Source of the DNA: a virus
Lineage: Duplodnaviria > Caudoviricetes
IMG/VR virus record: IMGVR_UViG_3300009426_001070
Span: 1 to 59,282 of that record
Length of the DNA stretch: 59,282 bases
Reading direction: 5' to 3' (one strand)
A model generated the notes under the pieces. The model made no database searches, had not been told where the DNA came from, and saw only the letters and a list, made by a program, of their open reading frames with translations. Positions 19,966 to 29,390 of the stretch are shown here, in pieces (the first letter of the stretch is position 1; every line of letters starts with the position of its first letter). The position numbers and the translations under genes were made by a program.

Positions 19966-20406
19966 TTATAAATTTATCTTTGCTGCTTCATCAATTTGAG
20001 TATGAGGATCTTTTGCGTCTGGGTATCTTTCGATAATTTCTGCAGCCTTTTTGTTTAATTCCTGAATCCAACCGTCCTTTATTTTTGGGGGTCTGTCATC
20101 CGTAAACTTTTCATTGATCATTGCATCCCTCAAAACTGAAAGACAGGATAGAGCTTTTGTAACATGTGATATGCCACTGTCTGGATCAATGTCCTCTCCT
20201 TCCCACCAAGCCATTAAATGCCTCATTGCTGCATCATAATAGACCGAAGATCTAACTCCGATTACCCTATAATTATGCCTTCCATATTTTCTATCTCCCT
20301 CTAACATCGCAAGCCCCATTTCCATTAAGACTGGTGCTGAAACTGTTGACATAGGGGCTTTTTTTATTCCAATTGCGTCCTTGGGATTTGAATTTTTAAT
20401 AATCAT
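19966..20406 (-). CDS. dATP/dGTP diphosphohydrolase domain protein (DUF5664)
   Basis: GDRKYGRHNY...AAMRHLMAWWEGEDIDPDSGISHV. Confidence 0.85.
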   Translation of the reverse strand: MIIKNSNPKDAIGIKKAPMSTVSAPVLMEMGLAMLEGDRKYGRHNYRVIGVRSSVYYDAAMRHLMAWWEGEDIDPDSGISHVTKALSCLSVLRDAMINEKFTDDRPPKIKDGWIQELNKKAAEIIERYPDAKDPHTQIDEAAKINL

Positions 20407-20409
20407 ATT

Positions 20410-20496
20410 TATAATATATAAACTATATATAAAATTATGTCAAGTATTTAAAAGGTTTACTTGACATTAAACCCCTGATGATGTATATTGTTGATT
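20410..20496. promoter_or_regulatory. Divergent sigma70-type promoters with a palindromic operator
   Basis: TTGACA on minus (20438-20443) and plus (20461-20466, TATATT at 20484); GGTTTA..TAAACC palindrome spans the plus-strand -35. Confidence 0.75.
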
Positions 20497-20694
20497 ATGG
20501 AAATAAAAGGACAAGTAATTATACATTTTGAAATATCAGATTTAGATAATATTTCATCTGCGATTCTATTTGGGGAAAATTTGAGTCCCCATCAAATAGA
20601 AAAAATATCAAAACATTTGCTTTCTAAAAAAGAGATCAGACAGCAATCCGAGATAATAGCAGAGATGATGAAACAAAATGAAAAAGAATATTAA
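20497..20694 (+). CDS. Hypothetical protein
   Basis: ATG 36 nt after TTGACA. Confidence 0.6.
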   Translation: MEIKGQVIIHFEISDLDNISSAILFGENLSPHQIEKISKHLLSKKEIRQQSEIIAEMMKQNEKEY

Positions 20695-21043
20695 AAATAT
20701 ACCAAAAAAGCCATTGAGAGATTCTTTCAAAGGAATATGGATACCCAGAAGCGTATGTTTGAATACAGACCTTACCAATACAGAGCAAAAGCTAATGGGC
20801 GTTATTTACGCACTTTCTCAGACCAAAGAATCTGGTAAATATGGGGGATGTTTTGCAACAAACTCATATCTTGCAACTATTATGTCAACAAGCAAGGGCT
20901 CTATAGCAAAAATGCTTTCAGATTTGAGAAACAAAAAACAGATAAAAACTGTTGAAAGTCAGCACTTTATGAACGATAAAATAAGAGTTTTGAAGGTTAT
21001 TAATTCCATAAAAGACTTCAAAGAGGGGTTTAATGTAGATTAA
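20678..21043 (+). CDS. Winged-HTH protein, putative replication initiator
   Basis: FKGIWIP...LTNTEQKLM...GCFATNSYLA...SIAKMLSDL; iterons at the 3' end. Confidence 0.75.
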   Translation: MKKNIKNIPKKPLRDSFKGIWIPRSVCLNTDLTNTEQKLMGVIYALSQTKESGKYGGCFATNSYLATIMSTSKGSIAKMLSDLRNKKQIKTVESQHFMNDKIRVLKVINSIKDFKEGFNVD

Positions 21044-21090
21044 TAGGGGGTTTAATGTGAAGTAAACTAGGGTTTAATATTATTAAACCA
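21025..21090 (+). repeat. Three iterons (GGGTTTAAT core) at a 22-bp period; putative origin
   Basis: Cores at 21026, 21048 and 21070, followed by about 270 bp of AT-rich non-coding DNA. Confidence 0.7.
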
Positions 21091-21362
21091 TATAGTATAG
21101 AGATATAAAAGTAGATAGAAAAGTATTATATTTCATATAATACCCAGAACTTGGTTTTGATGTATTTTTCGTGACACTCAAAATACTAATATTCATCGTT
21201 CCTCAGAATATCAAAAATGATATTTAATTTGAATAAATGTATTTAAATTTGTTAATGAAAAGTGCTGTGCGAAATCGAGTCAAACGAATGCTAAACTCAA
21301 TGCATTAGATAAAAGAAATTAATGCTTGACTTATGCTTAAAAATGATCTAGATTTGTAATTA

Positions 21363-21710
21363 ATGGAACAAGCAACACAACTATCATTTGAAGATGAATT
21401 CTACGAACAGTTTTCTATAGATTCTGGAATTATCGCCTTTTTTGCATCGATGCAAAATTCAGAAGATCCTTTGAAATCCTTTGACAAGATGTTTGATTTT
21501 TGGATAGACCATAAAAAGAAATTGATCCAAAATATCATTGAGGTTTCACTAGATGTAAACAAAGAGCCAGAAAAATACTCAGAAGAATATCGAGAATTAT
21601 ATGGAAGTATAGAGCTAGAAGACTATCAAATAAACTCAAGTAAAGGGCTGATGAGTTTAAAATTTAAAATAAAGAAACAGTTTGAAGAATTCTTGGAACA
21701 AACAAAATAA
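21363..21710 (+). CDS. Acidic hypothetical protein
   Basis: ORF with TTGACT at 21326. Confidence 0.7.
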   Translation: MEQATQLSFEDEFYEQFSIDSGIIAFFASMQNSEDPLKSFDKMFDFWIDHKKKLIQNIIEVSLDVNKEPEKYSEEYRELYGSIELEDYQINSSKGLMSLKFKIKKQFEEFLEQTK

Positions 21711-21746
21711 AGAAATATTGAAAATACAAATTAATGGAAGAAAAGT

Positions 21747-22109
21747 ATGGATAATTTAGACATTGAAAAGATTAATAAACTTAAGTCTCATAGAGATTTT
21801 TATCAGTCCATGATAAATCAGTTTTACAGCGAGGCTCTAGAAATATATAATGGCGATGAAGATATGTTCATTGATTATTTTATAAATGATTTATGCGAAT
21901 TAGACGAGATCATAGATTACAACGAAATCAATGAAGATGTTTTAGTTAAGTTAATCCCATTTGAGAAGCATGAAAACGGAGACGCTTCATACTTGTTTGA
22001 ATACACGGAAGAATTTAAAAAGAAATTGATTGACAGTGGTATTGAAGACCCCACAGAAGAAGATATTGGAAAATATATCCTAAAGACAATAGAAAATTTA
22101 GTAGATTAG
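21747..22109 (+). CDS. Acidic hypothetical protein
   Basis: 120-aa ORF. Confidence 0.7.
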   Translation: MDNLDIEKINKLKSHRDFYQSMINQFYSEALEIYNGDEDMFIDYFINDLCELDEIIDYNEINEDVLVKLIPFEKHENGDASYLFEYTEEFKKKLIDSGIEDPTEEDIGKYILKTIENLVD

Positions 22110-22125
22110 CTTTAGTAATAGTATT

Positions 22126-23577
22126 ATGGAATTAACACAAGAACAAAATGAAATCTGCGAGTCAGAGGGCAATATTATCATCGATGCGGTTAGCGGAAGC
22201 GGTAAGACCTCTACATTGGTAGAATATGCCAAAAAAAGACCAGATAAAAAGTTTCTTTACTTATGTTTCAACCGATCAGTGAGAGACAGCGCGGAGTCGA
22301 AATTCCCAGAAAATGTAGAAATTAAAAATACACACTCATTGGCTTATCGTTGGACAAACGCTTATCAATGGAAGTTGGCAAAATCATTTGACGCTTTCGA
22401 TGTAATTAATATTTTAAAAATCAAAAAGAAAATCGGAGTTGAAAATTTTGATGCAAAGATCGCAGGACACATTTTAACTTGCTTGAATTCCTATACTAAT
22501 TCAAATATATTGGAGGTAGATAACTTTAACTACTTGAATTATTCTGACTCAACATTTTCTGACGAAAATTTAGAACAAATTCAAGATGGTTTTAAAAGTA
22601 TCTATGGGAAAATGGGAAGCGGAGAAATTCCGATTATCCATAATTTTTATCTTAAAGAATTCCAAAAGATGGAACCGAACTTGGATTACGATTATATTTT
22701 GCTGGACGAATCACAAGACACAAACCCATGCGTAATTGATATATTCTCAAAACAAAACACAAATAAAATAGTGGTTGGAGATGCTTTCCAAGCAATTTAC
22801 TCTTGGATTGGGGCCGAAAATGCCTTATTAAAATTCAATCAAACAGACGATTACCAGAAACATAAACTCACAAACTCCTTTCGATTTAGACAAGATGTGG
22901 CTAATCTTGCAATGCAAATTATTGAACTTAAAAAACACATCGGAATCGATGTTGATGATTTTAAAATAACTGGTATTGGAAATTGCGATAAGCTTGACAG
23001 TCATGCCTATATTGCTCGTTCAAATGTAAATCTAATCATCAAGGCTGCTGAAGTAGTTTCTCAAACTAGGGACTCTATACACTTTGAGGGGAATATTAAT
23101 AATTACATCTTCGCTGATGGGGTGGGTATTTATGATGTTTTTAATTTGTGGTCTGGAAACAAAGCTAAGCTTCGTAATAAATTCCTTAAAAAGTTTGATT
23201 CCTATGAGGAATATAGAGATTTTCTTTCAGAAATTGGAAATAGTGATCAGGAAATTTTATGTTCTTTGGTCGAAAAATACAAGAGGAATGTTTTTAAAGT
23301 TATTGAGGAAATAAGAAAAAGAAATATAAATAAAGAAGAAGCAGATATTGTTCTTTCTACAACCCATAAAGCCAAGGGTTTGGAATATAATACCGTCGAG
23401 CTTGCAAATGATTTTATAACGGAGAGTAATATTATCGAATCAGAAACGGACGATTACCCTCGGCTATCTGAGGAAATCAACGCGCTTTATGTTGCGACAA
23501 CAAGAACTCAAAATAAAATTGATTTTCCTTTCCATTATCTAGAAGATTATGCAGCACTAAATAAGAGTAAACTATAA
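22126..23577 (+). CDS. UvrD-like SF1 helicase
   Basis: AVSGSGKT, LLDESQD, VGDAFQAIY, STTHKAKGLE, LYVATTR. Confidence 0.92.
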   Translation: MELTQEQNEICESEGNIIIDAVSGSGKTSTLVEYAKKRPDKKFLYLCFNRSVRDSAESKFPENVEIKNTHSLAYRWTNAYQWKLAKSFDAFDVINILKIKKKIGVENFDAKIAGHILTCLNSYTNSNILEVDNFNYLNYSDSTFSDENLEQIQDGFKSIYGKMGSGEIPIIHNFYLKEFQKMEPNLDYDYILLDESQDTNPCVIDIFSKQNTNKIVVGDAFQAIYSWIGAENALLKFNQTDDYQKHKLTNSFRFRQDVANLAMQIIELKKHIGIDVDDFKITGIGNCDKLDSHAYIARSNVNLIIKAAEVVSQTRDSIHFEGNINNYIFADGVGIYDVFNLWSGNKAKLRNKFLKKFDSYEEYRDFLSEIGNSDQEILCSLVEKYKRNVFKVIEEIRKRNINKEEADIVLSTTHKAKGLEYNTVELANDFITESNIIESETDDYPRLSEEINALYVATTRTQNKIDFPFHYLEDYAALNKSKL

Positions 23578-24375
23578 ATGACTAAAATATCACTAGCTAC
23601 ATCTGCATTTAATATTGTTAAAAACGATTTCGATATTGAAGACGCAATTAAAAATTGGTCTCACTTCGTTGATGAAATAGTAATTGCGACAATCCCCAGC
23701 GAAGATAATACGGAAGAACTGCTGGATCAAGTCAAGGATCAGTCCGAAATTAAAATTAAAATTGTAAAACTTGATGATTCTACAGATGTCATAGGCTGGG
23801 ATGGAAGAATTAAAAATGCGGCACACCAAGCAGCAACCCATGATATTGTTGTTCAAGTCGATCTTGACGAAAGGATGGGTGGAAGGACTGAGCTATGGAG
23901 GGATATAGCTAAAAATTTATTAACATCAAAGGACCGAATTAAATCTCTTATGATCCCCTCGATCAACCTATTCGGAGGTTACTATACTTATTCTGATATC
24001 AGTAAAAAATGGTATATGTGTGTAAAGGATGGCGTTCAAAGGGGTGTTGTTAATTTTGCTAAAACAGAAGAGGGGTTTGACAGAACAAAATCTGATTCAA
24101 CTGAAGCAATTGATAAGGATGGCAACCTCGTCCCTTCTTCTGACATTGTCCAATGCACTGGAAGTTGGACTAATTTAGAATATTGTAAAAAAAGAATGCC
24201 ATTTATCTGGCATCTAGGATATTTATCTCTATCCCGTCGAACTAAATTAAATAAAGAGTTTTGGAAAGAAAAGTGGGACAGCTATGGAGAGGGCGAATCA
24301 GACGTGATAGTAGATATTGAAAGTTTTGAAAAAAAGGAAGTTTTCGAACATAAATTGGAGATAGACTTTCTTTAA
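23578..24375 (+). CDS. Glycosyltransferase, GT2-like
   Basis: SEDNT, QVDLDE DxD motif, WHLGY. Confidence 0.8.
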   Translation: MTKISLATSAFNIVKNDFDIEDAIKNWSHFVDEIVIATIPSEDNTEELLDQVKDQSEIKIKIVKLDDSTDVIGWDGRIKNAAHQAATHDIVVQVDLDERMGGRTELWRDIAKNLLTSKDRIKSLMIPSINLFGGYYTYSDISKKWYMCVKDGVQRGVVNFAKTEEGFDRTKSDSTEAIDKDGNLVPSSDIVQCTGSWTNLEYCKKRMPFIWHLGYLSLSRRTKLNKEFWKEKWDSYGEGESDVIVDIESFEKKEVFEHKLEIDFL

Positions 24376-24376
24376 A

Positions 24377-25186
24377 ATGTTACCAGAAAAGAAAAAACTT
24401 TTAATAGTATTATGCTCTTGGAATTATCCCAAGATGCTGGAAGCTTGTGTAGATTCTCTTTTGAGAGCTAAAGATTCAATAGACTACGACATTGCAGTTG
24501 TTCTCAATGAAGGAGACAAGGAGTCGATGGATTTTCTAAGAGAGAAAAATATTTATTTCTTTTACTCTCCTAAAAATCATGGAGTATTGGCGATAGATTT
24601 TTTAATGCCTTTAATTTTATTTTATGAATATGTAATAAACAGTAATGACGATATGATTTTCTGTAAGGGTTTTGCAGAAGATGTAATCGCATTAATGGAA
24701 ACAGATAATTATTGTTCTGTATCTCTGTCTTTAGTTGAAATTTTTGAAAGTGGAAATCATTGTGTCATTAAAGATGGAACTTTAAAAAGCGTTCTTGACA
24801 AAGATTCTGTAAATTCATTTTTGGAAAACCATAAAAATGGAAAATACTTTTTTGATCATTTAAAAATCAGCTATTATCATCCAATTTGCGTAAGATCTTC
24901 TGACTGGTTTGGAGTTGGCGGATATGCGAATAATTGGGATGAAAATTTTGCTAGTGGATATTCTATGGATGATTATTTCGCCTATAAATTATTCATGAAG
25001 CATGAGGGCAAAAAGCCTCCAGTTTTATGCAACAAATCTTTTGTTTTCCATGAATCTTCTGCGTCAATGAATAGACTTTCTGGTGAAATTAGGAATAATA
25101 ACAATCTCGATAAATTCAAAGATGCAACTGGAATGGATATTATGTATTTTAGAAGTCAAATAGGATGTGGTAGGGAAATAAAATGA
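24377..25186 (+). CDS. Glycosyltransferase, GT2-like
   Basis: SWNYPKML, NSNDDM, VGGY...GYSMDD, VFHESS. Confidence 0.8.
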   Translation: MLPEKKKLLIVLCSWNYPKMLEACVDSLLRAKDSIDYDIAVVLNEGDKESMDFLREKNIYFFYSPKNHGVLAIDFLMPLILFYEYVINSNDDMIFCKGFAEDVIALMETDNYCSVSLSLVEIFESGNHCVIKDGTLKSVLDKDSVNSFLENHKNGKYFFDHLKISYYHPICVRSSDWFGVGGYANNWDENFASGYSMDDYFAYKLFMKHEGKKPPVLCNKSFVFHESSASMNRLSGEIRNNNNLDKFKDATGMDIMYFRSQIGCGREIK

Positions 25187-26343
25187 AAAATATTTTTTTA
25201 AAAACAGAGCTACCCTTAGCGGGAAATTTTTTGTCAAAAGATGAAATTGGAACGGATAATTCTTACCCCTTTTCCCTATCCTTTGATGACGAAAGTCTTT
25301 TGGTAGAGGTAATTGAGAAGATAGATCCCAACATAATATTTAAAAATTATTTCTATAAAACTGGAGCTATCAAAACTTTATCAAATCACCTGAAAGATAC
25401 TGCAAAAATTATAAAGAATAGAGACGAGGTTCTTAAAATTTGCGATATTGGATGTAATGATTTTACATTTTTAAAAGAATTCACAGATAGCTCAGAAACT
25501 GTTCTAGGAATCGACCCAAGTGATGTTTCAAAGAATTTTAAGCCAGATAATATAGAACTAGTTAATGATTTTTTTAATTACGATCAGTCTGAAAAAATTA
25601 AACAAAAATATGGTGAGTTTGATATTATTTTCAGCAGTAATAATTTCGCCCACATTAATGAGATCGATGATTACGTAAGTGGAGTTGCTAATTTAATTAA
25701 GGATGACGGAGAAATTGTTATCGAAGTTCATTGGCTTAAAACTTTAATCAAAAACTTTCAAATAGGATTTTTATATCATGAGCATGTTTATTATTATTCT
25801 TTAAAAGCTTTGAACAATCTGCTCTCAAAGAGTGGGGTATATGTTAATTCTGTTGATAAAATTGATATTCACGGTGGATCAATAAGGGTTTTCTGTAGCA
25901 AGCAAAACCACCAAGACGAATCTGTTGAAAATATGTTTAAGGAAGAAGGAGACTTCGGACTATATTCTTTAGATGTATTTGAAAAGTTCTCGCAAAAAAT
26001 AAAAAAGTTAAAAAAAGAAACTAGAAATTTCTTCGAATCAACTAAAAATAAAGGTATCGAGGTTTACGGCTATGGTGCGTCTGGACAGGCTAATACTTTA
26101 ATGACTCTAATGGGAATTAATAGCGAAGATTTAGAATATATAATAGATGATTCACCGCTGAAATCGGAGAAGTTTACCCCAAATAACTATATTCAGATTC
26201 GTAATGGTAATTTTTTTGTTGACAACCCTCCTGATGTAGTATATATTATGGCCTATACTTTTGAAAAAGAAATAAAACAAAACAATAAATGGTTTAAGGG
26301 GGAGTGGGTTCATCCATTCAATTTATATAATGCTTCGGAATAA
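25183..26343 (+). CDS. SAM-dependent NDP-hexose C-methyltransferase family
   Basis: DIGCND, NNFAHI, YHEHVYYYS, IHGGSIR, GYGASGQANT, IDDSPLK. Confidence 0.85.
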   Translation: MKNIFLKTELPLAGNFLSKDEIGTDNSYPFSLSFDDESLLVEVIEKIDPNIIFKNYFYKTGAIKTLSNHLKDTAKIIKNRDEVLKICDIGCNDFTFLKEFTDSSETVLGIDPSDVSKNFKPDNIELVNDFFNYDQSEKIKQKYGEFDIIFSSNNFAHINEIDDYVSGVANLIKDDGEIVIEVHWLKTLIKNFQIGFLYHEHVYYYSLKALNNLLSKSGVYVNSVDKIDIHGGSIRVFCSKQNHQDESVENMFKEEGDFGLYSLDVFEKFSQKIKKLKKETRNFFESTKNKGIEVYGYGASGQANTLMTLMGINSEDLEYIIDDSPLKSEKFTPNNYIQIRNGNFFVDNPPDVVYIMAYTFEKEIKQNNKWFKGEWVHPFNLYNASE

Positions 26344-27244
26344 AAATATTTTAATTACAGGTGGTGCTGGCTTCTTGGGAAGAAATATAATCAAGAGGTA
26401 TTATTCGGACAATCAAATAACATGCTACTCAAGAGACGAATCAAAGCATTACCTATTAAAAAAAGAGTTTCCAAAAGTTAATTTTATTATAGGAGATATT
26501 TATGATCTTGATAGCCTAAACGAAGCAGCGAAGAATAATCAGATAGGAATTTTCGCTGCGAGCATGAAACAGATAGAGGCCTGTGAAGAAAACCCACACC
26601 AAGCAGTTAAGACTATCTGCATGGGAGCAATAAACTCAAAAAGAGTTTGCCTAGAGAATCAGTTTGAGGCTGGAGCTTTCATATCCTCCGATAAGGCATG
26701 TGCCGCTACAACTATTTATGGTTCCTGTAAATACGTAGCAGAACAATCTTTTTTAAGTAGCTCAGGAATAAAATTAAACTCTTGCAGATATGGCAACGTT
26801 ACAAATTCTACTGGATCAATTATACCAGTCATAAAACAATCTTTAGAAAATAAAAAAGAGGTTGAATTGTTCTCGGATGAAATGACAAGATTTTTAATTT
26901 CTCCGAATCAGGCTATAGATCTTATTGAAGAATCATTGACTGGAGATTTGAATGGAGTTTTTATTCCAAAATTAAAATCAATCAGGATAAAAGATCTTTT
27001 AGAAATCTATAAAGAAGAATTTAATTTGAAATATAGAGTATCAAAACCGAGAGCAAATGAAAAGATTCATGAATTAATGTTTTCCCCTGAAGAGGCTCCT
27101 AGAATAACCGAGAGAGAATCTTTTTTTGTAATATCAAAAGAATCAACTGAGTCGGAAATAAGAGAAGAGTATTCTAGTAAAAACAATATAATGGCAAAAG
27201 AAGAATTGTATCTAGAATTAAAAACAAATGGATTTTTCTTATAA
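26330..27244 (+). CDS. UDP-GlcNAc 4,6-dehydratase-like (PseB/FnlA/CapD family)
   Basis: ITGGAGFLG, SRDESK, SSDKA, YGSCK, RYGNVTNSTGS, MTRF, EKIHE. Confidence 0.9.
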   Translation: MLRNKNILITGGAGFLGRNIIKRYYSDNQITCYSRDESKHYLLKKEFPKVNFIIGDIYDLDSLNEAAKNNQIGIFAASMKQIEACEENPHQAVKTICMGAINSKRVCLENQFEAGAFISSDKACAATTIYGSCKYVAEQSFLSSSGIKLNSCRYGNVTNSTGSIIPVIKQSLENKKEVELFSDEMTRFLISPNQAIDLIEESLTGDLNGVFIPKLKSIRIKDLLEIYKEEFNLKYRVSKPRANEKIHELMFSPEEAPRITERESFFVISKESTESEIREEYSSKNNIMAKEELYLELKTNGFFL

Positions 27245-27923
27245 AATTTTAATTTACGGACACAAGGGGTATTTGGGTGGCAAGCTTTTTGAAAAAATGA
27301 AAAAAATGGGTTTTAATGTTTTTCAAACTAATATAAGATATCCAGATGAAAATCTTTCTACTTTTCTGGATGCAGAAAAGTTTGATATAATCATAAACTG
27401 TGCCTGCAAAAAAACTAAAGAACTCAAGCTATCAAATGTAGACTTGCCTATATTTCTTGTTAAAAAGTGTAAGCAGTTTATTCATTTTTGCACAGATGAC
27501 GTTTATAGTGGTGAGGTCGGTAATTATAATAAAAAATCTGAACACGACCCAATTTCTGATTATGGAATTTCAAAATCGATTGTTGCCAAAGCACTCTCAA
27601 ACTATAATAATTGCCATACAATAAGAACGTCCTTTGTCGGAAAAGACCCTGAGTGTCGTATGTGGAAGTCAATATCCGATGGGAATTTTAGCGGATGGGC
27701 TAATTACTATTGGAGCGGGGTATTAATTGAAGACCTTGTAGAAGAAATATGCAGTAATCTTACATATATACTATCTTGTAGTTTAATTTTAATAGGTGGC
27801 AATCGACAAAGCAAATATGAGGTAGCTCTAAAACTTTCTGGAAATAAATATCCAATTAAAAGAAAATTTCTTTCGGAAGCTATAGATAAGAGTTACTCTC
27901 ACGATATCTATCTTCCATTTTAA
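27228..27923 (+). CDS. NDP-4-keto-sugar reductase (RmlD-like)
   Basis: GHKGYLG, TDDVYSG, DYGISK, IRTS. Confidence 0.8.
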   Translation: MDFSYKILIYGHKGYLGGKLFEKMKKMGFNVFQTNIRYPDENLSTFLDAEKFDIIINCACKKTKELKLSNVDLPIFLVKKCKQFIHFCTDDVYSGEVGNYNKKSEHDPISDYGISKSIVAKALSNYNNCHTIRTSFVGKDPECRMWKSISDGNFSGWANYYWSGVLIEDLVEEICSNLTYILSCSLILIGGNRQSKYEVALKLSGNKYPIKRKFLSEAIDKSYSHDIYLPF

Positions 27924-27939
27924 AATCTAAATAAAAAAC

Positions 27940-28695
27940 ATGAGTAATATAAAAATAGGATTTCTGCTTTGCGCATATAACCAAGAGGAATTCATCGGCG
28001 ACTGCCTTAAAGATTTAGTTAAATTTTCCACAAAAAATGGACATCTAATTAGCGCAGTATCCGTCCCCTTTGCCGAATATAAAGACCTTGAAGTCCAAGT
28101 GGACTCTACCACTGATATCCTTCGCAAGCGTCTTCTATCTGGAGATATAGACTTCCTAACCGACTCACCAGATCACATGGCGGAAGCCGATGCGCGAACG
28201 GCTGCGTTAAAGCCTTTATTAGATTGTGATTTGATTTGGCTAGTTGATTCAGACGAGATTTATTCCTATGAGCAGCTTAATGATATAGCTAATTTTGTAG
28301 AAAATTCAGAATTTATAAATTGGTTCAGTTTGTCATTTAAAAATTATGTCGGAGAGGGCTATTTGAAGGAAGCTTTTACTCCTCCCAGAATATTTAATAC
28401 TAAAATAAAAAATGGAAAACTTTCTCATTTTTATTATGATAATGATGTTATGTATGATACAAAGTACGGACAAGTTAATTATAAAGTTATGTCCAGCAAG
28501 TTGGTTCCAGCTTCTGTGGCATGGATAGATCACCTTAGTTGGACTAATACAGATAAAAATAAATTAAAGTGTGACTACCAAAACAAGCACTTCGGACATT
28601 GTTCCTATAAGTGGGAAGACGGTCAGGGAATTATTTTCGATGACAATTACTACAAAAAAACAGGGGAACTAAAACCAGAAATTATATATGAATAA
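27940..28695 (+). CDS. Glycosyltransferase, GT2-like
   Basis: AYNQEEFI, DSTTDI, LVDSDE. Confidence 0.8.
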   Translation: MSNIKIGFLLCAYNQEEFIGDCLKDLVKFSTKNGHLISAVSVPFAEYKDLEVQVDSTTDILRKRLLSGDIDFLTDSPDHMAEADARTAALKPLLDCDLIWLVDSDEIYSYEQLNDIANFVENSEFINWFSLSFKNYVGEGYLKEAFTPPRIFNTKIKNGKLSHFYYDNDVMYDTKYGQVNYKVMSSKLVPASVAWIDHLSWTNTDKNKLKCDYQNKHFGHCSYKWEDGQGIIFDDNYYKKTGELKPEIIYE

Positions 28696-28876
28696 AGAAA
28701 CGATAGAAGTACAAGTAGATGGAGAAGTTGAACAAAGAAATATTGATTATTCAGTATATCGAGGTAAAGACGAGGATGGTCATGCAAAATTTGTTGATTA
28801 TCCAACTTTACTACCTAAAGAGCATTTTTATGAGAATGAGAAGGGTCTTAAGATTTTCACCTCCATTGTTGACTGA
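28688..28876 (+). CDS. Hypothetical protein
   Basis: Overlaps the upstream gene. Confidence 0.6.
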   Translation: MNKETIEVQVDGEVEQRNIDYSVYRGKDEDGHAKFVDYPTLLPKEHFYENEKGLKIFTSIVD

Positions 28877-28928
28877 TAAAAAAATAAAATAGTTTCCTTT
28901 TGGTCTTGCCCTAAGTGTAATACTTAGT

Positions 28929-29309
28929 GTGAAGATCTCTTTAAATTTTCTTTTAATATTTTCATTATTATTATTCTGGGTAACATCACGTGATGATAAT
29001 AGTTCAAACTACTATACCACTACTGGAACAAGTAATGGAAATTTTTTTGGCGAAGAAATTTTTGTAAAAAAAATTAAAATTGAGGATCTCGATATAGGTG
29101 ATTTTATTGTTTTTGTAAAAGATGGAGTGAAGATCGTCCACCCAATAACAAATATTATTAAAGTGAAAGGTCAGATAGTAGCTTTTGAAACGAAAGGTTT
29201 GCAAAATAAAATAAAAGATTCCATAGTTTTTCCTCATGAAATCGTTGGTAAAGCTCATAAAGTATTAGAAGATGGTAGTATAGAGGTAGATACGAAATCT
29301 CCAAGATAA
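28929..29309 (+). CDS. S24/S26 signal peptidase-like protein, divergent
   Basis: N-terminal TM; DLDIGDFIVF...IVHPI...ETKG. Confidence 0.6.
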   Translation: MKISLNFLLIFSLLLFWVTSRDDNSSNYYTTTGTSNGNFFGEEIFVKKIKIEDLDIGDFIVFVKDGVKIVHPITNIIKVKGQIVAFETKGLQNKIKDSIVFPHEIVGKAHKVLEDGSIEVDTKSPR

Positions 29310-29390
29310 ATACACTAAAATATTGACTTTGTCAGTAGTTATGTTATACTTTTTTTAAGTTCAATAAAAAAATGTAATATTAACTTACCT

